The notes under the pieces were generated by a model. The model saw nothing but the letters and a program-made list of their open reading frames with translations, was not told the DNA's origin and ran no database searches. A program made the translations under genes and the position numbers. Below, piece by piece: positions 1 through 9,291 of a stretch of DNA of 64,000 nt. This DNA comes from an uncultured Pseudomonadota bacterium (lineage in GTDB: Bacteria; Babelota; Babeliae; Babelales; JAUPTZ01), in NCBI GenBank assembly GCA_964429275.1, contig CAYSBJ010000002.1, positions 282,459 to 346,458 on the forward strand, given 5' to 3'. Every line of letters begins with the position of its first letter. The stretch's first letter is position 1.

Positions 1-1746
1 TGACTTGGATGCCCAGGCAAGGATTGGTTCAGTAATCATCTGACACACAATGCGCTGTCTATCAAAGAACAGCTCAATAATAAGCTCATTTAAGAATTTG
101 GTTAAAATGTCATGCCACTCTTGAGGGCTGACTGCCGCCTTGATTTTGGTAATACGTGCCGCCATTTGCTGCTGTGCCATAAAGTTAACCGACATCTGTC
201 GTAAAAGGTCATAAAGCCCTATACCGTGCATCGCATTTAAATACGCAAGAAAAGCCGGCTCACGCTTGAGCACTACCCCAACCTTTTGTTTGGTAATCAC
301 CTGCCGCACCGCGCGAACAAAGGCTCCCGGAAACACTGAGGCTGGATACACCAAGACTTCTTCAAGCGGTTGCCCCTCATCTAAAATCTGCGCGGCGACG
401 CATTGCTTATGCAGCATGCGCCGCGAGGATTCAACCGGATTTTCGCCGCAGAAACCAAGTTTTTCCAGCAACCAACCACATTTATTCCCAATCCAGCCTG
501 CTCCCTGAATAGCACCGTTGCGACTTGCCGCCGAAATAATTTTAATCAAAACATGCAAATACACGTGACGCACCGCATATTTTCCAGCTTTGCGCCCAAA
601 ATAAGGAATAGGCTCTATCGCAGGATTATCGTACACGTAACGCTTATTTACATATGAACTGGTCCACAACGCCATGTCCAAAAATAAACGCTCACGAATC
701 AAGCCACCACTGCGATCAAACCATTTCCGCTGCGTCGTACGTGGCACTCGACTCTCAAATTTTTGCTGCACTGCAAATCCTGCTTCTTGTGCGAGAGTGT
801 GACTGAAGCCTGCCATGGCACTGCGAAACACTGGATTTTGAAATGGTGCACCGGGTGAGGTTTTTGAAAAGAGGCCTGCCCACGTAAATGGTAATGCAAG
901 ACCCAACACTACCTTCTTAACCAACGACATATGCATGCCATAGTAAGTATGGTACTTGAACATAGAGTGAGCGCGAATCAAATGATTCTTAAACAAGCGT
1001 AAAAAGCCATCAGGGTCAGCAAAGAATTGGCCTTGCTTAAAGAGTTGTACCCAACTGGAAAGATCCATATACAAGCGCATAGTACAAAATGAGAGCCGCA
1101 ACGCATAATCAGTGTACGATAAGGCACGCGAATTAAAACCAAGCATGCCAAGCATCGTCTCAGTATAGGTGAACTCAACTCCCTTTTTCTTAAGGGGGCT
1201 ATTTTCAAGCTCCTCTTTTATGTATTGTTGATACAGCCACGAAAGCTGGCGGTATACAATAAACGCCACCATCGCCACTGTTTCTATCCGCTTACCGCGA
1301 ACTTTAGTATCAAGAAAGTTGGTAAGTTTTGTTATTGCTTCCTCAAAGCCACCTTTCGGCTGCGGAATCGATTCAGACTTAGGGGAAGAATAGAGTGTCA
1401 AATAATGCCGCACAAACTCATCATCCACCACTGTTTTTGCCTGTTCTTGGGCAATAAGGCTCGTAAGCGTCACTGGAGCCTCTTGCGTCAGTGGCACCGT
1501 TGCTGCCGAAACAGCCTGTGCCGGCATGCGAGTTGGCATTCCCTCTACCATTCCTTCGCGCAGCGCTTCAGAGATTTCTGCACCGTCTACGCCGTCGGCG
1601 GCAAGCAATGCCTCAATTTCTTCATCAGACATCTGCTCTAGCTTGTCCCACAAAGCATGGTCCGGCGCTTCATCTACCGAAACACCGGCCAAAGTAGCTC
1701 CAAATACGATGGTACTTATAAAGAAAAAAGAAAGTATTTTGCTCAC
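1..1746 (-). CDS. hypothetical secreted protein; starts at 1746 and runs off the left window edge (at least 582 codons)
   Basis: Absent from the ORF track because it has no stop inside the window. I read every plus-strand triplet in register with 1744-1746 from position 1 to 1746. None is TTA, CTA or TCA, so the minus frame is open. Upstream in-frame stop at 1759-1761. GTG start at 1746-1744 with GGGGA about 8 nt upstream. N-terminus MSKILSFFFISTIVFGATLAGVSVDEA is signal-peptide-like. No family recognised. Confidence 0.6.
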   Translation of the reverse strand, partial: MSKILSFFFISTIVFGATLAGVSVDEAPDHALWDKLEQMSDEEIEALLAADGVDGAEISEALREGMVEGMPTRMPAQAVSAATVPLTQEAPVTLTSLIAQEQAKTVVDDEFVRHYLTLYSSPKSESIPQPKGGFEEAITKLTNFLDTKVRGKRIETVAMVAFIVYRQLSWLYQQYIKEELENSPLKKKGVEFTYTETMLGMLGFNSRALSYTDYALRLSFCTMRLYMDLSSWVQLFKQGQFFADPDGFLRLFKNHLIRAHSMFKYHTYYGMHMSLVKKVVLGLALPFTWAGLFSKTSPGAPFQNPVFRSAMAGFSHTLAQEAGFAVQQKFESRVPRTTQRKWFDRSGGLIRERLFLDMALWTSSYVNKRYVYDNPAIEPIPYFGRKAGKYAVRHVYLHVLIKIISAASRNGAIQGAGWIGNKCGWLLEKLGFCGENPVESSRRMLHKQCVAAQILDEGQPLEEVLVYPASVFPGAFVRAVRQVITKQKVGVVLKREPAFLAYLNAMHGIGLYDLLRQMSVNFMAQQQMAARITKIKAAVSPQEWHDILTKFLNELIIELFFDRQRIVCQMITEPILAWASKS

Positions 1747-1829
1747 TGCGATCCCCGTTCATTGCCCTCTCCTCAGAGGCTATAAAAAACGGCATCACTA
1801 TAGCAAATTGGCCGCAAAAAACCAGGCAC

Positions 1830-1858
1830 AAAGCCGGCCATCTAGAAAGGCCGGCTTT
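1830..1858 (-). terminator. candidate hairpin terminator between the 2012..2449 gene and the 1..1746 gene
   Basis: Perfect 10-bp stem AAAGCCGGCC / GGCCGGCTTT with a 9-nt loop. On the minus strand a T6 run follows only after an 8-nt spacer, so the geometry is not ideal. Confidence 0.3.
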
Positions 1859-2011
1859 CACGCTTATTTCCCTATAGATACGGTAGAAACAAATTGGGGT
1901 GCCGAAATACGCGCAAGCCACACACGCATTTCTGGCGTTGGTCCGCTCACTACGGTCAGCTCAACACCTGCGTGCCGAGTTGGCACAGAGCCCGAACTGA
2001 CGGAAAAAAAG

Positions 2012-2449
2012 CTACGCCAAGCGCAAGGGAAGACTCTGCAGGGTTGGCCGAACATCTGGGACATCATGAATTCCAATAATAAGCTGCCCTAATATCTGAC
2101 TTGCCATAACCCGTACTACCGGATGTACTAGCCCGGCAAGGTCAAGCTCAAGCGCTGAGCCTCCGTTAGGCGTTGCCGTAACCAAACAGCGGATCAGCAT
2201 GGGCGATGAATGCGGCCCCTGCTGCAAACATACCGTTTGCAATTCCATCATACTGAGCCCAGAAAAAGTAATGGTAACAGAGGTGCCTCGCGTAACCACC
2301 GCATAAGTTACATCCTGAGCCGGCAGCGAAACCACAAAATGAAGTGAGCAATCATTGTACTGCTTTTGTGACAAGCCGACATCAGCATGCACCCCTGATT
2401 CCATTGAAAAAAAAGCTATGCACAGCATAGTAATGATAAAAATTCTCAC
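2012..2449 (-). CDS. small hypothetical secreted protein (145 aa)
   Basis: ORF track. N-terminus MRIFIITMLCIAFFSMESGVHADV is signal-peptide-like. No family recognised. Confidence 0.45.
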   Translation of the reverse strand: MRIFIITMLCIAFFSMESGVHADVGLSQKQYNDCSLHFVVSLPAQDVTYAVVTRGTSVTITFSGLSMMELQTVCLQQGPHSSPMLIRCLVTATPNGGSALELDLAGLVHPVVRVMASQILGQLIIGIHDVPDVRPTLQSLPLRLA

Positions 2450-2521
2450 AATTCCTCGCCCCCGAGCTGCTAGATAATCTCAGGAACAAGCGTAGCAATT
2501 TGCAGTACAAATAGTAAACAA

Positions 2522-2562
2522 AGTGCCGGCTTCCGTCAAAATAAGAGCGAAAAACCGGCACT
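2522..2562 (-). terminator. candidate terminator downstream of the LRR gene
   Basis: 8-bp stem AGTGCCGG / CCGGCACT with a long 25-nt loop. On the minus strand it is followed by TTGTTTAC. It starts 15 nt after the stop at 2577. Confidence 0.35.
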
Positions 2563-2576
2563 CAACTGCTACCAGC

Positions 2577-5183
2577 TTACCGCACTATTTTCTCTAAACA
2601 TGCTTTATGTTTTGCAAAAATCTCCAACGCAATATTGCACTCATTCACCACCGATCCGAGGCGTTTCAGCTCTTCATGCCATACCAAGTCGGTTTCACCG
2701 GCAGTCTCCATACCGGTACGCAACGGCGTAATAACTTCGGTCATTATCAGGCTCAGTCCTTCGCGTAGCTCTGCTGCGTCACACATTAAACGGCAAACTC
2801 TCGCGTGGTCATAGGTTCCCATATAGCGATTTACCAAGGCCGCACGAACGGTTCGCGCTGCCGCCGAAAAACGTATAATCACTGCGCGCACCATAGACAA
2901 CTTGTCTTGACCGATCCAACGAAAATCGGCCCCTGCAGATAAATTAACATTCTCAAGCGATTCCCCCGGAAAAAGATCTGCGGGCGTATGTTTGCGAATT
3001 TCATCCATCGGAGTCTCGCACGTTAACTCATGAAGCATGGCTAAGGTGGTCGGCTCATCAACGCGTGCAAGTAGTTTCTTCGTTGCTACCCACATCTTAA
3101 TCTCCAGATCCCTCATAAGCAGATCAACCCGATGCCCAAGTCTTAAAAACTGGTCATAATGGGAAAGCCATAAAAGCGAAACACTCAGAGCAATCAAATA
3201 CTGTTTCAATAGGGAAAGTAAGGCAATAATCCGGTACGTACCAACATAGAGCCTCTTCAAATCTGAAGTCATATGCACACTACTACCACCAGTATCCATA
3301 TACATGTGTCCTCCTTGTGACACCAATGTACATCCCAGCGCGGAAGCCGCTGCGCCAAAAACCGCCCCTATCGCTCCACCCACTGCTGCCCGCTTAGCAA
3401 GAGTTTTGCCCGCTTGCCGCACAAACAACCCAACAATTGCCCCGATACCACCAGTTATAAGTGTTACACCAGCCATAATCCACCATTGATTATCCTGGAC
3501 CCACTTTACCCTATCTGCCTTTGTTGTCTCAAGGCAGCTCGTTGGCCGCTGCCGCTTAATTTCATTCCAAACCACAGAAGCAATAATGGGATCTTTTCGC
3601 CCTAGATAGCGGCACACAGTGTCACGTATATCGTTAAAAATATAATCACTCACTTCGGTGGCTAAAAGGCCCCCTTTTTTTCTGCTTTCATCATCGATAG
3701 CGTCAAATCCAACCTCCTTCAGCCCGTCAAGGACCCCTTGCGTGTTTGCACTATCCCACATTGGATTATTATGCAGAGTAAGCAAGAAACCTTTTTGTGG
3801 CATGGTGCTATAAAAAGTGGTTGGTAATACCGTTATCAAGTTATCATTCAACTGCAAGGTAGACAGCGTCAGTTGACCATCTTTATCTCGTGGAAGGCGA
3901 GCAATATCAAACATGGCAATTTTATTATCCATCGCATTCAATACACGTATGTCTGGCAGAAACGATATATTTGGCAGCTCGATAAATTGGTTGCCGGAAA
4001 TATCAAGTGTTTTAAGCTTGGGTACCCAGCGCAATGAAGGACAAGACACAAGCCCACAGCGCGGCAAAAACAACAAAGTAAGCCGTGGCACCGGCTTTAA
4101 AAACTCTGCTGGCAACTCAAGGGCGGCAACATCGGCCATAAAAAGTTTCTCTAACTTTTCTAGCCCTTGCAACGCACGGACTGAAATGCTACGTAATGGA
4201 TTATTGTTCAACATCAATGACTGAAGCGCAGGAAAACAGGAAAAAGCCCCTACCGGCAACTCGGCCAGGGCATTATTTGCCAGGTTAAGCTCGGTCACTT
4301 TAAGCAACTCTTCAGCTGAAAAAAAATTCGTAAAAACCTGACAAAAATCATCAAGCGTATTCAGCTCTTGACCGGAAAGATCAAGAAGCTTATCTCCTTT
4401 AAAAAAAGAGCTCATAAACTCATCTTTTCCATATTCAAGCGCCAACCCTGCAACGCCCTTAGTACTCGATAAATAGCCAATACTAAAAGTGGAGTCAAGA
4501 TCAGAAGAACGATCAGAAGAAGTAGAAGAGCAAGAGGAATTAGAGGTGCTTGATGAGCTTCGCGTACTGACCGAAGAACCATCAGAGCTCCCACAATCTT
4601 CTTGCCGCAGCATAACCCGCTCAACCCAGGCAGGCAACGGATCAAAACCCCACAATACCCGCTTAATTGAGCGTGGATTACACCGGTCAGTAATCGGAGA
4701 ATTATACAAATAACGAGCAAGTAATCGCTCATCCTCTGTTTCACGACCGGTAAAAGAAGTGCGCAATTTCTCCATCATATGCATAAACTCACGCATGCTG
4801 CGCCGATCAACACCAAGTCGTTGTACTGGTTTTCCTTCTGGCAAACCCAACGCAGTTAAAAAAGTAGTGGGGAGCAGGCAGACTGTTTTGTCCCCCAAAC
4901 AGATCTGCACTAACGGATATGAAATCGCGCTCCCCACTGCCTTTGCCACCTCCGTGACGGTGGACAGAGAGGTAAATTGTTGCACCATTGATTTCTCTCG
5001 CTTGAGAGAAATCAATAATTTCCCCCCAGCGGCGATATAATCAGTATATACCGATTGCGGCAAATACAGTCGCGCCCCCTCTGTACCGCATACAACCCCC
5101 GCAATAGTAATTGGGGAAGAACCACTCAGCGCGGACGCGTAATGCGCCGAGCCATATGCCGTGCTAGTCGATACACAGATCAA
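2577..5183 (-). CDS. leucine-rich-repeat protein with central glycine-rich double membrane segment (868 aa)
   Basis: About 8 LRR units, for example LNLANNALAELPVGAFSCFPALQSLMLNNNPLRSI, LDISGNQFIELPNISFLPDIRVLNAMDNKI and LQLNDNLITVLP (about nt 3746-4376). Ser-rich low-complexity tract at about 4490-4590. Two hydrophobic Gly-rich segments separated by RQAGKTLAKRA (about 3310-3490). The C-terminal ~240 aa are unassigned. Start codon uncertain. Confidence 0.7.
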   Translation of the reverse strand: MICVSTSTAYGSAHYASALSGSSPITIAGVVCGTEGARLYLPQSVYTDYIAAGGKLLISLKREKSMVQQFTSLSTVTEVAKAVGSAISYPLVQICLGDKTVCLLPTTFLTALGLPEGKPVQRLGVDRRSMREFMHMMEKLRTSFTGRETEDERLLARYLYNSPITDRCNPRSIKRVLWGFDPLPAWVERVMLRQEDCGSSDGSSVSTRSSSSTSNSSCSSTSSDRSSDLDSTFSIGYLSSTKGVAGLALEYGKDEFMSSFFKGDKLLDLSGQELNTLDDFCQVFTNFFSAEELLKVTELNLANNALAELPVGAFSCFPALQSLMLNNNPLRSISVRALQGLEKLEKLFMADVAALELPAEFLKPVPRLTLLFLPRCGLVSCPSLRWVPKLKTLDISGNQFIELPNISFLPDIRVLNAMDNKIAMFDIARLPRDKDGQLTLSTLQLNDNLITVLPTTFYSTMPQKGFLLTLHNNPMWDSANTQGVLDGLKEVGFDAIDDESRKKGGLLATEVSDYIFNDIRDTVCRYLGRKDPIIASVVWNEIKRQRPTSCLETTKADRVKWVQDNQWWIMAGVTLITGGIGAIVGLFVRQAGKTLAKRAAVGGAIGAVFGAAASALGCTLVSQGGHMYMDTGGSSVHMTSDLKRLYVGTYRIIALLSLLKQYLIALSVSLLWLSHYDQFLRLGHRVDLLMRDLEIKMWVATKKLLARVDEPTTLAMLHELTCETPMDEIRKHTPADLFPGESLENVNLSAGADFRWIGQDKLSMVRAVIIRFSAAARTVRAALVNRYMGTYDHARVCRLMCDAAELREGLSLIMTEVITPLRTGMETAGETDLVWHEELKRLGSVVNECNIALEIFAKHKACLEKIVR

Positions 5184-5357
5184 AAAAAAAGATATTTCGT
5201 CCTATATTATTTATCATAACTACATCCTTCTTTACGGGTTGGCCAGCGATCCCTCCGCGACTACAGGATCACACATCGATCATCGATCTTCCGTGACAGC
5301 ATATCGCTCCCGCTGCATGCATCGAGCAGTGCAGAAGAACCACTGGCCAAACTTTTG

Positions 5358-6890
5358 TTACTTCTTTTCGTTGTTACTCAATAGTGTTTCCGTCGTTTTA
5401 GAGAGCAACGCTTCATCATTTGTCAGCTTTACATCCGCCGGCGGTCGGTCATTAGAAGGAGGCGCCCCACCAGCATCATCATTAGTGCTATCAGATGCAA
5501 GACTCATCCTTTTATGCCATTTTCGTAACATTTTTCGGTATTTTTTGCGGGGCCACAGTGTGCCAATTAATGCACGATGCGCTGCTGCTTCATCAATACC
5601 CTGCTGCTCCATAAGCATAGCGGCAAGAGATTTAATAATAATGTATGCACACCGATGTTGCTGCGCCTTATCAGCTCGCATCAAATGTAATACTGCATTA
5701 AGTGGCGTTTTGTTGCCCTTAATAAAGGTTGCAACCGCCAGTACATGAGAGTCCCGTGACCGCTTGCCCATAAATCCGGCAACTGGTGCATGCTCCTGGC
5801 GACGATCAGTCATGAACGACTGCATCGAGGTACCGCAAAACGCCACTAATTCCTCAACAAAAATGGTTCTCACATCATCAACTTTATCATCCATAAGTGA
5901 TCGCAATAGCACCGCCGCACTATCAGGGCCTCTTCCACCAATCACGTGACTAACCAACGGTGCAAGTATTTCTTCACGCGTAAGCAATGTAACCACTTCC
6001 GCTTCTTCCAACGGCTTAGCCGTTGCCGCAGCTCGTACGGCCTGTTCTCCTTTGCGTACATGAAGCGCATCGTCTGCACTTAAATGGGCACAGGATGCCT
6101 CACGCATCAATTTATCGCGGAGTTCCGGGCTTGGTTTTTCAATAACCATTCCTCCTGTGCCAGTGTTTAGGTCATGGACCACTAAGCCATCTTCTTGTTG
6201 GAGTCGCGCAAGTGCATCTGAAGGCAAGAGCGTAAATGCTTGATGACACTCGTCCCGGACACAACTAGCATCTCCCCCCGGAGAAACAGCAGAATATGTT
6301 CCACTAAAATGTGTCATCGTCGTTAGTCGTTCATTTTTTTGCGAATGCCTTGAACGGTAGGCAATCCAAAGACAGGCACCACCAACAACACACGCAATAA
6401 CTGCACCACCCACATACAGAACAGTATGTTTAATAGATTCCTTGCGATTCGTATCACGAACACTGCCAAGCACTTGGCGATCCGATGCATCATCAACACA
6501 CAAGGCCGCAACCAGAGATCGTCCCCACTCTCCAATGACTTGAAGCTTAACATACGTACCCTGATCAAGAAGGGCCGCGCTCAAGGCAAGGTCAGCTTGT
6601 CTTCGTAATTCAGCCACGGCAAGACACAGCTGCGTAAGTGCATTACCGTCAGTACCAGCCAAACAGTCAACGCACGCAGTCCAGGCAGGCAAAAGCGCTG
6701 ACAAAACCTCATCGGTTGTATCGTGCATGAAAGAATCAACAACCTGTGTTGATGCAAGAAAGTTTGTTTTTTGCTGCAGAGAAAGCAGCGGATGTTCATA
6801 AAGGGACCGCCATAAGGCAGTCGCTTCAAGAATTGGCTGGCCATATAAATTTGGCGCACCGCATAAGAAGAGAAATAGTATAAACCACAT
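5358..6890 (-). CDS. hypothetical single-pass membrane protein (510 aa)
   Basis: ORF track. Signal-peptide-like MWFILFLFLCGAPNLYGQP. Internal TM VLYVGGAVIACVVGGACLWIAY. No family recognised. Confidence 0.6.
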   Translation of the reverse strand: MWFILFLFLCGAPNLYGQPILEATALWRSLYEHPLLSLQQKTNFLASTQVVDSFMHDTTDEVLSALLPAWTACVDCLAGTDGNALTQLCLAVAELRRQADLALSAALLDQGTYVKLQVIGEWGRSLVAALCVDDASDRQVLGSVRDTNRKESIKHTVLYVGGAVIACVVGGACLWIAYRSRHSQKNERLTTMTHFSGTYSAVSPGGDASCVRDECHQAFTLLPSDALARLQQEDGLVVHDLNTGTGGMVIEKPSPELRDKLMREASCAHLSADDALHVRKGEQAVRAAATAKPLEEAEVVTLLTREEILAPLVSHVIGGRGPDSAAVLLRSLMDDKVDDVRTIFVEELVAFCGTSMQSFMTDRRQEHAPVAGFMGKRSRDSHVLAVATFIKGNKTPLNAVLHLMRADKAQQHRCAYIIIKSLAAMLMEQQGIDEAAAHRALIGTLWPRKKYRKMLRKWHKRMSLASDSTNDDAGGAPPSNDRPPADVKLTNDEALLSKTTETLLSNNEKK

Positions 6891-7217
6891 TGTATAAAGC
6901 CTTTTATATCGCTACCATTCCAGGCAGCGGACATACAAAGCAACGGGTTTTTATAGCGTATATGCAATCACAGGATTGTATGGTAGCGAAATACGAGCAC
7001 AAATGCAATGGTGCAAAAAAGGTTTTTTGCGATGCAGCGCTGCAATTGTCCCAATACGAGGCACGTTCGCTATTCCTGCGGAGCTGTTTTTTCGAGTACC
7101 CCTTGAGGGATCAGACTCTCTAGCCGACGCCAAAGCTATGGCTGAAGAAGTTGCGTCCCGAGCAGTGAGCCCAAAGAAAAATACTCCAAGCAGGGACAAA
7201 ACAGTCAATAACAAAAC

Positions 7218-8267
7218 CTAAGACACAACCCGTACGCGTCCACGTACCGCTTCCAACGCTGGGTCAGCATTAATCTTTGCATTAATTTCATCAAAATTTA
7301 CCGACAGCCCGAGCTCCACCGCACGTTTTTTATTAATAACAAGCTCTCTCGTTGAGCCAAGAGAAATTACCGGCAGTGTTGCAGGATTTTTATGATGGAA
7401 AAGAATTTGGACAACCTGATCAAAACCAGCCTCTGCGATATAGCGAAGCTCACTGGCGTAAACAATCAATACATTTTCTTTTAAGGCTGACATAGCTCCA
7501 CTAAAGTACCCAGTATTATATCGCTCTGCCAACTTAGCAAGACCAGCAAATTGCATATCATTCAACGCATCTCCTTCAACGGTCATTACAATATCATGTC
7601 CCAACAACAGGCCTTCAACTAGCGCTAGAGATTCGAATAGAGATCCAACCGGTAAAAGCGTTACGCTTACACCTTTTGACTCTAAATAATCTTTAGTTTT
7701 TTCAGCCTTATTTACAATTTCTTTGGCAGCATCATACGGAAAATAAAAAGGTAATAAAACTGATTTGGTATGAGGAAATGTTGTATACAGCAATCGCGCA
7801 GGTACGGAATCTTCAAAGGATACGGTTATGACCCCCGTTACAGCGCCTCCCGGCTGCTCAAGTGATTCTATCAACTCAAGTTCCACTGGATTTTGTACAC
7901 CAACAAATACAATCGGCACAAGGCTCTTCCGTTTACGTGCAAGATTAATAAGAGTTTGAGAAAGCATTCGCCCAACAACAACAATACAATCAGCAGGGAG
8001 AGAAAGTACTTCATCACATGTTATAGTAACAGCTGATGTATCAGATAAATTGGGAATAGTCATCGCGTTAACTTCCACCTTTCCGCCTAACCACGATTTC
8101 GCCGTCTTTAAAAAGGCATCCTGCACTGCCTCATGAAAAGCAGTGTGGGACGCACTCACGAACAACACTTTCCGTGGCGACACATGCCCCGCATGCCAAT
8201 AATACGCAATAAGGGCTACAGCCCCCAGTACAATAATTGCGCTAAAAACATAGCCCTTCTTGCTCAT
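7218..8267 (-). CDS. membrane-anchored ABC-type substrate-binding-like protein (COG2984 / PF04392-like), copy A
   Basis: Motif IVFVGVQNPVELELIESLEQPGGAVTGV matches the V-x-DP-V...PGGN-V-TGV core of the family as I remember it. N-terminal anchor MSKKGYVFSAIIVLGAVALIAYYW. Start set at 8267 by analogy with the paralogue at 9292..10353. It shares one base with the upstream stop (TAATG). Confidence 0.75.
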   Translation of the reverse strand: MSKKGYVFSAIIVLGAVALIAYYWHAGHVSPRKVLFVSASHTAFHEAVQDAFLKTAKSWLGGKVEVNAMTIPNLSDTSAVTITCDEVLSLPADCIVVVGRMLSQTLINLARKRKSLVPIVFVGVQNPVELELIESLEQPGGAVTGVITVSFEDSVPARLLYTTFPHTKSVLLPFYFPYDAAKEIVNKAEKTKDYLESKGVSVTLLPVGSLFESLALVEGLLLGHDIVMTVEGDALNDMQFAGLAKLAERYNTGYFSGAMSALKENVLIVYASELRYIAEAGFDQVVQILFHHKNPATLPVISLGSTRELVINKKRAVELGLSVNFDEINAKINADPALEAVRGRVRVVS

Positions 8268-9257
8268 TAAACACCTCTGTCTATAGGACAATTAACCCAT
8301 TTTTTAATTGCAATAACATCTTCTGCTTTTTCAAAAAGCGCGATTGCTTCTTCAGGAAAGCCAATCATACGTAATATTGTGATATTAGCAAAAAAGACGC
8401 GTTCATCAGGAATAACTTTTACCGGAATATCACCAAGTGGCACCCCATCTACCCAATGCGTAATGAGCGTATCACGCAACGCCATTGCTGCTAAGTGCAG
8501 CTCGCAACCGAAAGCAAAAGCGGCGCCGGTATACATAGAGGAAAGAGTATCCGCACATAGCATCGCATCACGCTCAAAGGCAAAATACGCAGTTTCAGCA
8601 TACGCATCTGGAATGGCACTCTCCATAATGAGAATAACATCATGCTTTCTAAGCCGATCCTTCAAGGCTTTTTCCAACTCGATCTTAGTCATGCGTCCCT
8701 GACTGAAAATTAGAATTGGTTCGACTTCAATACCATAGGGCCTAAAAAATTCTGCTATCTCAGCCGCTTGTTCATGAAGCGGGTCATAGTCACCCATTGC
8801 AATGTAGGGAACAATGATTCGCTTAATATACTGCGCAGCAATTGCAAGTTTTTCTGCTACTGCTGTATTTGACGCTACTTCAGGAATAACTGCCGTCATA
8901 TCGGGACCAGGTGATTCTAAAGAATCAATCAATTTGTGAACCAATGGATCACGTACTGCCGTAAAAATAATCTTACCTCGCCCAATCTCCTGACATACTT
9001 GCTTTGAAAAAACGCTACACCGTAGGCCAATGGGTACCAAGACATCATACGGGTCCGCCATGTTAATTGATTCCGTTATTTTTTTTACGCATCGCTTCTT
9101 GCGTCAACTCAACGTTAACGTACGTAATATTGAAATAAAAATCATGCCCCATAACACGTCGCACTGTATCGGCATACGATCTATGAAGTTCGTTACCGAG
9201 GCCGAGCAGCAAAGCTACTCGGCACGGTCGTTTAGGTTTTGTTAACATGGTTTTCAT
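8267..9257 (-). pseudogene. PF04392-like cytoplasmic-type paralogue, split by a stop plus frameshift at about 9059-9065
   Basis: The track ORFs 9063..9257 (64 aa) and 8267..9061 (264 aa) together align end to end with the intact 330-aa paralogue 10353..11345. Compare MKTMLTKPKRPCRVALLLGL... with MTMLTKPKRPCRVALLLGL..., and ADPYDVLVPIGLRCSV with SDPYDVFVPVGLRCSV. At the junction the intact copy reads ATC AAT TTG TCT GAT CCA, whereas this copy reads ATC AAT TAA C ATG GCG GAC CCG. That is a 4-nt length difference that creates a TAA and a frame change. Confidence 0.65.
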
Positions 9258-9291
9258 AGGAGATTCCTAACACATAGCATTATCAACATTT

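Noticed and set aside
1526-2092. 188-aa plus-strand ORF and overlapping ORFs between 1225 and 2079
   Set aside because: They overlap the verified open minus-strand frame (1..1746) and the intergenic hairpin, and have no recognisable features.
2577-3300. IpaH-like NEL E3-ligase domain C-terminal to the LRRs
   Set aside because: I saw no convincing CxD catalytic motif or other NEL landmarks, and a membrane hairpin intervenes between the LRRs and this domain. Left as unassigned.
6951-7214. 87-aa minus-strand ORF with a hydrophobic N-terminus just downstream of the PF04392-like operon
   Set aside because: It could be a small membrane protein. However, it has a non-ATG start, no clear SD, an odd C-terminal composition, and an equally long ORF on the opposite strand (6976..7221). 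That is too weak to call.
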